DNA of 64,000 nucleotides from Octopus bimaculoides. Its lineage: Eukaryota. This document shows positions 24,047 through 37,239 of the stretch, piece after piece (position 1 is the first letter of the stretch; every line of letters begins with the position of its first letter). The DNA lies in contig NC_068990.1 of the NCBI RefSeq assembly GCF_001194135.2, positions 4,775,973 through 4,839,972 of the forward strand, read 5' to 3'. Below the pieces are notes generated by a model. It searched no databases, was not told where the DNA came from, and saw nothing but the letters and a program-made list of their open reading frames with translations. The translations under genes were made by a program, and so were the position numbers.

Positions 24047-25587
24047 TAAGAACCACAACAATGTATATAGTGAGTTTCAATAAAAAAAAAGAGAGAAGTT
24101 TTGTGTATTTCTTTACTAAGTTATTTGGAAGTTGGAAAAGGGCAGTTCTCGTGACTTTTACAGACTCTCCAGACTGGTGAGATTGAAAAAGCTGATGTCC
24201 AGATTATTGTGTTAAGAGATCTATATCTTGAAATAGAATTTTTGCAACTGATACTTAAAAGTATCCCCATTTTACAACTGAGTAATATTGAGAATTCTGA
24301 TGCATTCATGCAATAAATCACTCGAGATATTTCTTAGCTTCTTAATAAGCATATATGATTAAGAAGATATTGTACATGGCCTTTAAACCATAACAAAAAT
24401 AATTTCTAATTTTGATACATGGTGGTAGCTAGAATTGCAGACTAAATTCCAGTGATAGAATATATAAATGGTTGGTTTTCTAGTAACCATTTACTCAGTT
24501 ATCTACTCTCTTATTTTGTACTGAAGTAAAAAGTACCTAATTTCAGGCATTACAAAAATAAAGTATTAGGACAGTTACTTAATAAAGGTAATGCAAGAGC
24601 TAACTTATCATTCGCTAAACTCTTGTATGAAATATAGTGAGTACTGAAGTGTACTTTCTCTATTCAACTCATGGCAGCCAAGTAGAAATAAGAGTAAATT
24701 TGTCAAAGGTTGAACTAAATCAGTGAACAATTTTACTAATTCTCCTGTGTACAAAGTTTGAGTTAAATCTTCTCAAATCTTCCTTAGGAAGTCTACAGTG
24801 AGATGGTAGAAGAAATTGTAGGGTTACATGTGAACACTCCCTTTTTAGCTCATTCAACATCACTAATTCTAAGAGAGAAAGGAAAAATGGCACTAGTACT
24901 CATTTCACAATTAATTTCTTAACCATGATGGATGAAATGTTAAAACTGTCTTGGTATGATTTAAACTCTAAATGTAGAGCCAGTGCAAATATTGCAAAGC
25001 ATTTTATTCAATGCTCAAATGACTAAGCTTAATCATTGTTTTAATTTTCTCAAATGGGAATCAATGACAGGAAAAATACTCATCATTATCATTTACTTGC
25101 ATGTGTTGGGGGGGGGGATTGACAGAATCTGAGTCAGAATTTATTAAATTTACTGCCTTCTTAGAAGAGTTGGAGGATCATGCGTTGCTCAGACATTTCA
25201 GTTTTGGCAAAGTTTTTACAGCTAGATTTGCTTTCTAATATCATCCATTTCATAGAATATGCTGGGTATATTTTATCATAACATCAACAGTTGAGAAATT
25301 ATCATACTGTCAGCAAGCCTTAAGAGGTCCTTTCAATCCTGTGTTGTTCTTGCTCAGTATGCCAACATCATCACAGAGTGAGTTGGGTGCATTTTATCAA
25401 GGCACCAGCATTATAGAGGTCACCTTGTAACCTGCAAGACTAAAGAACCCTTTCAAATGAGAAGGAAAATAGGAAAGAGAATGATTGCATAAGGTGAAGT
25501 ATTGAGATAAGTTAAAATATGATGGGAGGTGAGTGTGCTGAAGAAGGAAGTGATAGAAAGAGAAAAAGTGTAATGTTGGGGGATAGT

Positions 25588-25623
<36 letters not shown>

Positions 25624-26152
25624 GTGATAAGAAGAGTAAGGTGGATTAAGGAGAAGATAAATTCTGTGCTATCCCATGCTACATGGGTATATGGGGTGGG
25701 TGGATGTGTACCTGAAAGTAGCGATGGTGTTGAGGAATTGGAGTGTTCTCTCAAAGTAATGTATCCAAGAAAGTGAATCAAAAGATGTGTAGTACCAGAA
25801 GAATCAGGAAGAATGAGTGAAGGTTGCAAGAGAGGAGCGTGAGTGAATGATAAAAATAGGGGTGGAGGAGGTCTTAGCTAAATAGGGGTCAAGGGGGTTA
25901 ATGCTCTGTATAGGGTTTATACAAACATTGTGGTAATGTTTATTAATATTTCAAGTTGAGGAATTCTATGTTACACATTTACACTAGGTTTCTTACTGGT
26001 AGTGGATTTTGGGGAAAGTGATTATGCCATAATGTGAAAGATTTCACAACATCCATTGACTAATCACTTTATCTGAAAATTATTACTAACATGAAATCTG
26101 ATGTTGTAATTACATAATGGAAAATTCTTTAAATTGAAACAATTATTCATGC

Positions 26153-26193
<41 letters not shown>

Positions 26194-26819
26194 CACATTA
26201 CTTGAAGCAATATAATTGAATGAACAAGGATCTGTCTAAAGGAACTATGAAGGATATATGACAACAATATTGTATTGTCTTCCTAGATAAGATATTTTCA
26301 TTAGTTGCTCTGAAGCTAAGCTGGTACTGGTTTGTGACTGCTTATGCTTACATGTCTGCACCAGTGGCATAATTCATCATACTCAAAACTCTATATTAAC
26401 AGTCCATTGCTGGCATATTTCACCTGGAGAATTACTATCAATTGTTTGATTGACCAGTTTCATAGTATGGTCATATTGACCACAGTCTAATAGAGCTATC
26501 CAACAGTAACGACAATGAAATTTACTACTCAGTTCAGACAACAGAGTATGGGTTGATTTATTTTCTCAATCAACAGTTACAACTTACTAGCTTCTTGATA
26601 GTAGTTTCTAATCCTTTTCTGTTTAGTATGCAGTTTTACCTGATGAATAAACTTTTGATTTTTAACTATCATAGAAGAAAATAAATCCTATTTTCATCTT
26701 GTTTCTTTCATTTTCAATTATTGAAATCAATGTTATATTTTACACTCCCTTGATATAAGTGAATGTGAAAGTAATTCAATAAAAGAAAGACTATATATAA
26801 CACAAAATTAATAAAATAG

Positions 26820-26821
<2 letters not shown>

Positions 26822-26879
<58 letters not shown>

Positions 26880-26889
26880 NNNNNNNNNN

Positions 26890-26918
<29 letters not shown>
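26822..26918. repeat. (AC)n microsatellite with a 10-N gap
   Basis: Direct reading. Confidence 0.95.
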
Positions 26919-26921
<3 letters not shown>

Positions 26922-27135
26922 AAACAAATGAAAGCAAGCAATGAAGTCATCGTAGAAAAACAAGTGTATGCAATTATCTTGAGTATTCACATTGCATAAA
27001 ATAAAGAACTAAGAGTAGTGCTTTTTGATAACTGAGAAAACTAAATTATGAGCATTTCACAACAAGAATAGGACTTGGTTTGTTCAATAACTGACCTTCA
27101 TACAATTTACTTCCCAAAATATTGGACAACAGCTA

Positions 27136-27136
<1 letters not shown>

Positions 27137-27181
<45 letters not shown>

Positions 27182-27204
27182 GTAATAATAATAATAATAA
27201 TAAT
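27137..27204. repeat. (TAA)n microsatellite
   Basis: Direct reading. Confidence 0.95.
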
Positions 27205-27786
27205 GCAGTACCATAGCTTTGCCCTGATGCAGTACTAGGCAGTGGTTCTCATGGCTTTTGATTTTAACTGATTGGAAGTGTTATCACGCACATTGTTTTG
27301 TCTTGGTTTAAAAGATGGGTTACAGTAAATATTCTGCTCAATACCACAGACTTGCTTGTCAGTTGTTTGACCTTAACCAGTTGAGCATGTCCCTTGGTGG
27401 CTGACAATATGTGCATCTCTGATCATGAGCAGAAGTAGTGGGGGAGCATCAGAGCCATGTGTTGAGAGGAATTCTTTGTTTTTTGAATAATTCACCTCTG
27501 GAAACTTGAATGTTTTGTTCATCATCCTTAAACAAACCTTATTCAGGGACCTTTTGAGTATGATGGGCTACTCAGCCTGAAGAAAATTCTAACACGGCCC
27601 CACCTGTAAGTTCATGCCCTGTTTATCTTGATATGAGATCACCATGTCGTGCACATGTGGTTGTGATGCATGTGCCTGGTGTACCCTTATCAGACGGGTA
27701 ATCATGATGGGTATACTGAGCTTCATATATTTTACCCCAGTGTCACTTCGATGGCATGCACTGCTCTCTCACTCAATAATAATAAT
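27205..27786 (+). mobile_element. About 570-bp non-coding, TAA-flanked element (family E), probably a retroposon or LINE 3' UTR
   Basis: GC-richer block with sharp edges between (TAA)n and (AAT)n; no ORF of note; single copy in this window. Confidence 0.5.
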
Positions 27787-27996
27787 CCTTTCTACCTCAG
27801 GCAGAAGGCCTGAAATTTTGGAGGAGGGATAAGTCGATTACATTGACCCCATTTTTTCCTTGGTATTTAATTTATTGACCATGAAGAGACGAAAGGCAAA
27901 GCCAGCCTTGGCGAAAATTGAACTCAGAACATAGCAATGAGCAAAACACTACTAAGCATTTCGTTCAGCATGCTAACGATTCTGCCAGCTTGCTGC
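27787..27996 (-). mobile_element. SINE family A
   Basis: cctttctacctcaggcagaaggcctgaaattttgg...ttgaactcagaac...gattctgccagcttgctgcc. Confidence 0.9.
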
Positions 27997-28004
27997 CAAT
28001 AATA

Positions 28005-28054
<50 letters not shown>

Positions 28055-28243
28055 TATATAACATACAGAAAATTGCACTACTGGGCACTGCACACATTCT
28101 ACGCAAAACACTTTCAATACAGTAACCATAAGAGCATCACAGCAAACCACAACACATACCCAAGGCACACAGAGCTGCGCTCGGTAGTGAAGTGAAAGCA
28201 CGTTATAAAAATAAAACTACTGAATAATAATAATAATAACAAT
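28055..28243 (+). mobile_element. 5'-truncated R4/Dong-like LINE 3' end embedded in (TAA)n
   Basis: 28063-28125 translates IQKIALLGTAHILRKTLSIQ*, then about 100 nt of UTR and a (TAA)n tail; (TAA)n upstream at 27997-28050. Confidence 0.85.
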
Positions 28244-30076
28244 TCAAGTCATTTATCATAATGTTAGTAAAAATACACAACATATGAAAAGTATAATACT
28301 TTTCCAAAGCAAACCTCATGATTGGATACTTGGTAGATAGTAAATGTTTTATATGATGCACTGTAAAAGGACTATTTGTTTATGATATTAAAGAGACCAA
28401 GTTGACTTTGCTGTGTGTTAGTGTTGCTGTTAAATCCTAAAGACACCCATCGTGGAGCAGACCAATGATGAAAGACTTTCTAGCCATTTCATTATCATTT
28501 TTAACAAATAGTGTGTCAAAGAGGATATTTATCAAATATGTTCTCACTTCATGAGGTTAAATGGTAAGGTGTGGTTCCAGCTATATTTGGCTACTTCTTC
28601 TAACAAGTTGAATGAACATGTAGAGGTTCTCTCATTCTGTTCAATAGTAGATAGAATCAAACAAAAGCATCTGATTAACATCTTTAGTTTAGTTAACTCA
28701 CTTTCCTTGTGGGAAATGTCTAACATTTAAAATTTGGAAAGAGTTTCTATTTGAACATGACAGTGTTTGTTTTGTGGAATATACACCATTCTGAACAGAC
28801 TAATTGGCTGCATAAAGGATCCCAAGCTGCATTATTATATTATAACATGCCACACTACATCATATATCAGTAACTTTTGATATGATGTGGCAAGCTGTCA
28901 TAGTATAATGATAAATAGTATATGCTATGAAGTATTGTGCGATATATGGTATTATTACAATGCAGTATTATGTGGCATAGCAATATGTCAAATGGTGTGG
29001 TATTGATCTTTCATATTGTTAAGGGGTTGTAGAATGAAATAGACTGTACAGATCAATAGAATATTTATAATAAAAAGAGATAAATATAAATATATAACTT
29101 TGAGAAAGTATAGATGCTTTCCTTCCAGTTAAATTCAAATTATATCTGAACACTCCTCTTGAGTCTGAAATATTGATTAGTAAATGGGCAGACTGTCATT
29201 AATAGGACAACTCTGACTGAAACTTATGACAACTGTGAAATTAATTATTTTAGTAATTTGCAAATGCATTAGCATAAAAATCAGAAAGTTGGATTCATTG
29301 ATTCATAAGTTTGTGACTTCATGAGTTCAAACTATACCTGCAGAGATTTTAATGGTGTATGTCAACAACTGTAAAATTTCATACTTGAAGAATTGGAAAT
29401 GTCTACATTCATGTCATCATTTACCACTGTTAACTTATTTAATGCATAGAGAAGTATTATGAGGCAGAAATAATTATGCAGTTTGGGAAAGAATAAAGGA
29501 ATATTAATCAATGATCAATATTATTTTCAACTTTTGTTATAGCCATCTTTGTCTTTTATCCTTTCTGGATCAATAAAATGAGGTACCAGTCAAGAGTTGG
29601 TGTCAATTTGATTGGCTATAGTCTCTACCAAAATATGTGGTCATGGGCCAATGTTTGAAAGAAATATTGTTTATATTATTTTGGCAAGAATAGGAGACAA
29701 CTGAGGACATTTTCATTTTATTATAATTATCTTACAGTAAGCCAACTTGCTCTGAAGAAATAATAATTTAACAATTTGCTACTTTACAATCTACAGAATA
29801 CTTCTCATAAATTACAATTACAAACTTCAAGCAACAATATTCTTTTAGTTTATAAGAGTGAAATATCAGAAAAAGAATAGTATTTTATGTTTCATCCTTA
29901 AATTCAAAGGATAATTAAATATTTAGTTCGTTAGTCATTCCTTTGTTTACTACGACTTGTTTCATGGCAGATAAACTTAGTTCAGCATGATCACTAGACA
30001 TATATATGTATGTGTGTGTGTTTATATACAAATAAATGTCTGTGTATTTATCTATTTATATCTATATTTTGCTTTC

Positions 30077-30420
30077 ATGGCTGCAGAGGCCAAGAAGTTC
30101 ACTTCAAAACTACATGGATTTTAGGTTCGGTTCTACTATGTGGAACTTTTGCTAAGTGTCTTCTTCTATCGCTATAGGTCAACAAACTCCTTATAAATGA
30201 ATTTTGAATAAATTTGATGGTCAGAAACTGAAATCCCAGTGTATATAAGCGTTTGTATATGTATACATGCATGTGTGTGTGGGTGTGTGTGCAGATGTCA
30301 GTGTTTGTTTACATTTGCATTGTTTTAAAAGTTGTTGACCAATATATGTTGGTAATGGTGTCACTTCCCTTGTCAACAACTTATCTGCAGCTTCGCACCT
30401 TGCAAAACATGAAATAAGAG
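30077..30420 (+). mobile_element. CORE-type SINE family B, degenerate
   Basis: ggctgcagaggccaagaagtt...ggttcggttctact...gctaagtgtcttcttctat...cagaaactgaa followed by a TG-rich linker, similar to the reverse complement of 39540-39936. Confidence 0.55.
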
Positions 30421-31692
30421 ATCCCTTACTTGAAAAACAAGTAAGGATCAATGAGAGGGAGGTTATCCAGCTGTAAAACAATGCGTTGATGATATATCTG
30501 TCTAAACAATGTAAGCATGGAAAGACAAATGTAAAATGAACAAACCAATGAGAACATAAACTCATACATATTTATGTGAGATAATTAACACAAGAATCAC
30601 ACATTTGGACGACAATGTTTGACATTGTAACTGACCAGTCATGTCAGCAGATTTGAAAGAAATGAAATGTCTTTTATTATTATTCCCAAACTAGCTGGAC
30701 ATGCAGAGTCAACTGGTCAAATGAAACTGTGGCTTGGGTGTGAAATTGTCTCACATAGATTTATATATTTAAGATTATTCATATTTCCAGAATTTAGTTT
30801 TATTGAGCATTTTAAAGTTTTTATATCTTAATATAAAGAAAAGAAACTATATAAATATATGAGTAAAAATTTGGTGAGTAAATATTCAATAGAAACAGTA
30901 AAATTTATAATGTCATTTGAAGAAGGTGGTCACTCAGTTACTGCTGGCAACCTGAGTTTGACAGATGCAAACTCAGAAAAACCATAGACGAATATTTGAA
31001 TGAAAAGTTCAGTTCAGTATTATATATTGCCAGACTGAGAAAACAAAGAAAAATTCTTACTAAATACACAAATAGATGCCCAAATAACTTATGAACTTCC
31101 AAAATATGGAAGATATAAAACTTGACCAAAATAGATTGAAAAAGATATAAATAATGGGACATGACAAATAAGACAACATTTATTGTCTTGATTCTAAAAG
31201 AATAATAAAATCAACATTTCAGTCATGATAAGAGAAGGGCTATAAATATAAACTAAAAACTTAGTCAACAGAGTACAAGACAGCTACCAGGAAAGTTATT
31301 GGTTTGTATCCTGTTACTGCCACTACATAGTGTCCATGACCAATTCACTGAATCTCAAATGATCCATTCCATGCATGCTAAAAGGAAAAAAATGTCACTG
31401 AAAGGAATTCTGTTATTGTAAAATTGTTGAATGTTTCACTAGCCTATTGTGCTAAGTTTAACTGTTAAGGGAATAGCTCTGAGAAGGATAGGTTTTGCCA
31501 TATCTAGACACTCACTGTGCAAAGTTCAAGTTTCCAGTGTTGCACAGTTGACCGGTGGGTTAAAAACCCACTACTATTACCATCAATCATGATCATTTAT
31601 TGACTTGGCAGAATTAGCACACGCCAGCAATAAGTTTGTTTTACTGTATTTTATAAGCAAGAATGACCATTCTTGTTTACATTCAGTGACTT

Positions 31693-31756
31693 GGGGAGTT
31701 TCTTTGACTGAAGAGCCTCATTCAGATTGAAACACCAGGGTCTCAGAGTTCCCCCA
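31693..31756 (+). ncRNA. Candidate type I hammerhead ribozyme
   Basis: CTGAAGA (31708-31714), GAAA (31729-31732), GTC (31740-31742); stem I ctttga/tcagag plus ggggag/ttcccc; stem III short with one mismatch; stem II weak. Confidence 0.55.
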
Positions 31757-33713
31757 CATCATTAAGAGTGTTGTTAACACACATTGTCTAAAGGAAGACA
31801 TGTTTTATAAAGGCGATATACAGCAGCCATTAACATATTTACATTGAAATCTAAATCTATCAAAACATATCAAGAAGGAATATGTACATCATCATTGAAA
31901 TATAATATAACTGTTAATGAAGCCAATAGAGTATTCCTGATAAACCACATCTTACTATCTTGAAAAAGGTAGTACCTTGAAAAAGGTAGAATATTGGATA
32001 ATATAGTTCTATATCCTTTATCTGACAAAATGTGATAGACATGGTTGGAACAATTTGATCAGAGATCTACCTGATCAGACCTCGCCCAAAACTAAACAAC
32101 ACAGATGTATGTCTGTTAGTTGATTGTTATATTAACCAACTATGAGTTTTTTGGCTTTCTGTGTTTTGTTTTGACTTTTCTTAAGCATGAACTTATAAGT
32201 TTATATTCTATTGAATAAGTGAACAGGAATATGTTTTAAACAAATAACACTTATCAAAATTATTTAATTTATTGCATCGGATTATTGATAACCAATCAAA
32301 TATGACATTAGTCATACATAAATCTTAGTAAAGAATATAGAAATGACATTCACTAAATTTATCTAAAAATGGAATATTATCAATAAATTCATTTAACACT
32401 TTGTTTGACCCTACCCAAATATTTAAGCTATTTTTAACAAAATGGATATACAAAATGTTACTAACTTCTTTGAGATTTATTGAAAATTCAATAGAAATTT
32501 ACAGGATTATTTTTCTGACTTTCTGCCAAGATTGCCTTTTCATTGATTAAAACTACTAAGATTCTGATTATATAATTTCAAATTTTCTATATAATTTTAC
32601 AGCATTACTTCTACCATTCTCAAAGCCATATTTTTGCAGGTCAGATTCTTTTAACATTGAGAATATTTATGTATGTTAAACTGAGATCAGAGTATAAACT
32701 TTTAAAACTTTGACCTTAAAGCTTATTAGGGAGTGTTTGAAAATGGATAAAAATCAACAAAACATAGTTTAACATTTCTCATATTTCATGTTTTCATGCC
32801 AAAGTTTTCCCAGCTTTTGTCTGACATACATCTTGGGGAGTTCAAAAAGACCCACAAAGTCTTCTTGATGTCAAAACAGCAAATAAGTCTACAGACAGAT
32901 GATGATGATCCTGTGTCTGAATCAATTATTAAATACAGGCACTTTAGGTCAACAATGTATCACTTAGCACTTTATTTCAATTTGATATTAAGCAGAAATG
33001 AAGAATACCAATTTTAATTCTATAATGTTTGCTTTGACTATTATCTGTTTTATCCCAATTATCACTGTTTGATCCATTTAGTTATCTTAAACTATTTTGC
33101 TCATTAAATTACACTGTTGCCATCAATTGAAAAAAAAATTGTGAAAAATGTGTGTTATTGCATGAGACTCACTAAACACATTCATACAACAATAACAGAG
33201 AATGTATCTCTTTCCCTTTGATTATAACTATTTACATATGCTACTATGATCTGGACTTCTTATCTAATCAAACCTAAATTACTTTCATAAGCACTACTTT
33301 TAGACTGAAGTTTCCCAGCTTACCTGAATTAGAATATACTTTTCATATTGATTTTGACCTTCTTAAAGATTAGAGATATATAACAGTATAAATTTAAGCT
33401 CAAACCAAGATAGTTAAGTTAAACAGATAATCAAACTGAAAAGCATTTATAAATGTTTAAAAAACAAAGGTATTTCAGTTGAATTGAAACCTAAGAATAA
33501 TGGAAAATCATAGTTTAACTGTTGAATAATATTAATTATATTACATCCATTATGCTTAAAGGGCAACTGTACACCAGATAAATATTCCATTCCTTCCTGG
33601 TTTTAGAAGAAACCCTCCATTCTATTATAATATTCATAGATCATAATTTTTTTTTGGAACCATGAGCAATAATTTTTTAAGGTTTATTTATTGATATTTA
33701 TCTATACTAATTA

Positions 33714-33932
33714 TAAGGCAGTAAGTTACCAGGATCTTTAGCATACCAGGCAATATGCTTAGCAGCATTCTATTGTCTGTAACTTCTGAGTTCAAATTCT
33801 TCTGAGGTTGACTTTGCCTTTCATCATTTTCGGATCAATAAAATAAGTAACAGTTGAACACTGGGATCGATGTAATTGACTAACCCCTCCCCCAGAATTA
33901 ATGACTTTGAGTCAAATTTGAAACCAATATTT
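33714..33932 (+). mobile_element. SINE family A
   Basis: gagttcaaattc B box, gttgactttgcctttcatc core, gatcgatgtaattgactaacccctccccc. Confidence 0.9.
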
Positions 33933-36900
33933 ATTTATACTAATTACTTTTATCATTTTAGCTGTTGTTGAGTCCCTCCATGCTCACGGGTAAGTTCTGA
34001 TCAAGCATTCCTATGATGAATGACATTCCTTCCATGACTATCAAATCTTATTGCATATTCAGGATTACATTGTCCCATACATCATGTTTATGATTATACT
34101 AGTGTTGTCCTTGTTCTTGATTAACACCAGATCAATTGTGAATAATCAGAGTTGTGATCAAGTTGTGACCACCCATCTTTTTAAAGGGCATTATCTCGTC
34201 TTTTTTTAAGATGGTAGTGAAATTGAATTAGATTTAACTACTAATGTCTAGCCAATCACCCATTATTGTCCCTACTGCTTCTATTACCAAAATAAGACTG
34301 AAAGATAAAAAAAAAATTAGTGCCTTAAAGATGATTGATAAAGTATATTTTCATTTTCTTTGATTAACAAAGATTATAAATTCAATATTTGGCCAGGAAA
34401 AACAAGTGGAGAAAATCTGAAAATGTATTAGTTCAGATAAAATACAAAAAGTTTTTTCACTTTTTAATCTATATAACACAGGCCAATCTAGCATATAGTT
34501 ATAAAAGGACTGAGCTAATTAGAATAAAGGCATTTAAAACTTAAATAATTGTGAGTCTGAAACTATGATCAATAAGTTAACAATCTAGCACCCTAACGTT
34601 GTTATATCATGTAAGATAAATATTGAAAACAAATGAGAAAACAGAAAATATGTAAATATGTAAACGTCATCCATTCTATTGAGAGTTTTGTAGTCAGGTT
34701 GAACTACTGAAAGGTGATTGGAAAACTAAATAAAGAATTTTAAAAATGGAAATTCTTTTGAATTTTAATGACTGAATTAATATTGATGATATATCTACTT
34801 TATAATTGTTGTCAAACTAAACAAAGTGCAAAAGTTATGTGGAGAGAGGATTGGCTAAATGTGAGTAGAATTCTTAAATAAAATAGCTATATTCCCCAAA
34901 GGATAACCTAAAAGTAATGTACTGGTAAGATCAATAAAATAGAAAATGAACAAATATTGCAATAGAGCAAATATATACTTGTTAGACACTGGAATACTAA
35001 GAGACAAGTGATGGTTTATATCAGCAAAAATCAGGTCAACAAAGCTTAAAAAATGGATAATGTTAGAGTGACTTAATATGACAGCAATAAGAAGGAAGAA
35101 AAGATAGAAGTTAGGGGGAAAGATGATGGTCAGTAAGTGGTCAGAACTAAAACATACACAGGAAAACAAAATAAAATGATAAAAAAAATAAAAATGAGAA
35201 AGAGAAGGAAAGGTAAAAGAAGTGAGAAAAGAATAAGGAGGTAAAAAAGTGAGACAAGCTTAGGTTAAAATATGATGATCAACAAAGAGTTAAACTTGAA
35301 CTTTAACAGAGGTAATATAGAATAACCAAAGCTAAAAATAGGGTGAGGAATGTGCTATAACCACTGTAAAGAGAGGAAAAAGATGCAAAGATTAGGTGAC
35401 AACAGAAGAGAAAGCAGAAACAGAACAGACAATGTAGAAAAAGTCAGAAGGTAAATAAGAAGGAAAAATAAAAAAGAACAATGAAAAACAGTTAAGAAAA
35501 ACGTTACAAAAAAGGGAAACCACTCAATGTTGATAAGTTATGAAGAAGTTCCAAGATTGAAAAGGAAATATTTCTCTTTATGTTAACAAATGTTTCAAGA
35601 TCCATTGTTTAAAGTGATACTACACACAAAAATTTGATTTGTAGAGTGACTCAAAGCGAGGAAGTGTCATGTTTGAAGAATTACAAAGTGCAGTTCTAGA
35701 CATCAAGAAAATACTCCTAGCATTAGATGCTCAAACAGTGTCCTGTTTAATCTTTGTATAACACATTACAGAGGTTGTACATGGTACAAAGTTGAGAGAA
35801 GTGCAGTTTGCTGATGATGGCTTAGAAATGACTATTATGATGTGGTTATCAGGGTGGTATGTGAAGATAATGTTTAAAATAGAATAAAGCACTGAGAACA
35901 GGAAATATTTGAATATCTTGGTCTTGGAGTGGCTGGAACTTCTGATCAATCAATATACAACACAGATATTTGGTCATTAAAAGAGAAGAGAGTGATTTAA
36001 GACGGGAGTGGTTTCCAGCTCAGAATATTGGAAGCAAAAGTTACAAAGAATAATCCTTTGAAAAGAAAGAGCAGATGAGTGAAATTTGATAGAACCTTGC
36101 ATTCAGATTTAAAAGTATATGTGATAGAACTGTGGTGGTTTCGCAGAGAAGTTTGAATTGCTCAAGTTCAGCACTGATCTGATAAATGAATAAAAAGAAG
36201 TGATGCATTTCCTGAGATCTGAAGAGGAAATCAAAGTCATTACTACATAACTGGCAAAATCAGATAATCTGAGTGTTCTGGAATGATAGACTAGATATGT
36301 GCCAGATGTGAAGAACAGAGATCAAGAAGAGTGGAAATTAGTTTATGGTAGACAAAGATGTATAAGATGAAGGTTGTTAATAGCAACGGTGATATCAAGG
36401 AAAGTAACAGAAATTTCAAATATTGTCAAAGAAAATTCAATTTCAAGGTAAAAAAAAATAATCATTAATCCAAGTGATAAAGAAAGCAAGTTCTCTGGTG
36501 GAAGACATTCCTACTGATGTAATCTTTAATGAAATACCTTAAGAGTTCATGAATAAACCCAATGAACTGAAAAAGTATCCTAGATTCACCATGATGTACA
36601 AAATATTTAATGCAATAAGAGTCCATGTTGGTCTTTATAGCTTCACTACTGCCATGGAAGAACTCACTAGAGTATACTAGATAAAATAAAGATGTGTTTT
36701 GTTGCTTGGAACATATTCGTAATACTAAATGTTAAGTAAAATAATTACATTTTTGGCATAGAACCAAATATCTGGGCAAAAAGTAATTACATAATTTTAC
36801 TTAGGTAAGCTGGAAGAAGCTCAATGGGTCAACTACAAGCAAATATTATAGAGCAACTATGATTGCTGAGCTCACAAATGTTAGAAAATCAGAAAATGGA

Positions 36901-37239
36901 ATTTTGGAGTATTTTCACAAAATTAGTGGCAGTAGTAGAAACAGTATAAGAGGTGAGCTTGTGAATGGTAGTCTTACTTTATTTTTTTTAACTTTCATAA
37001 GATTTGACTAAACTAGAAAAAAACATTTTATTGATGGAGATCTATAAAAGAATCCACTATAGTGTGTCCTTTATCAGTTGATTACTACTTCTACTAGTTC
37101 CAAACTTTCTGAATGTGTGCAGTTGACAGAAGCAGATATAGAAATATTATATTTGTTTTTTTTAAATATCAAAACGTTGAGGTTGTGATTGCAGTTATTT
37201 ATAAACAAGTCATTATAACCATCACCATTTTATGTCTGT

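Noticed and set aside
24547-24587. 41-nt + strand exon candidate (HYKNKVLGQLLNK)
   Set aside because: Poor pyrimidine tract, and its phase is incompatible with direct splicing from 22689
32640-32670. 31-nt + strand exon candidate
   Set aside because: Splice signals only moderate, and the peptide is uninformative
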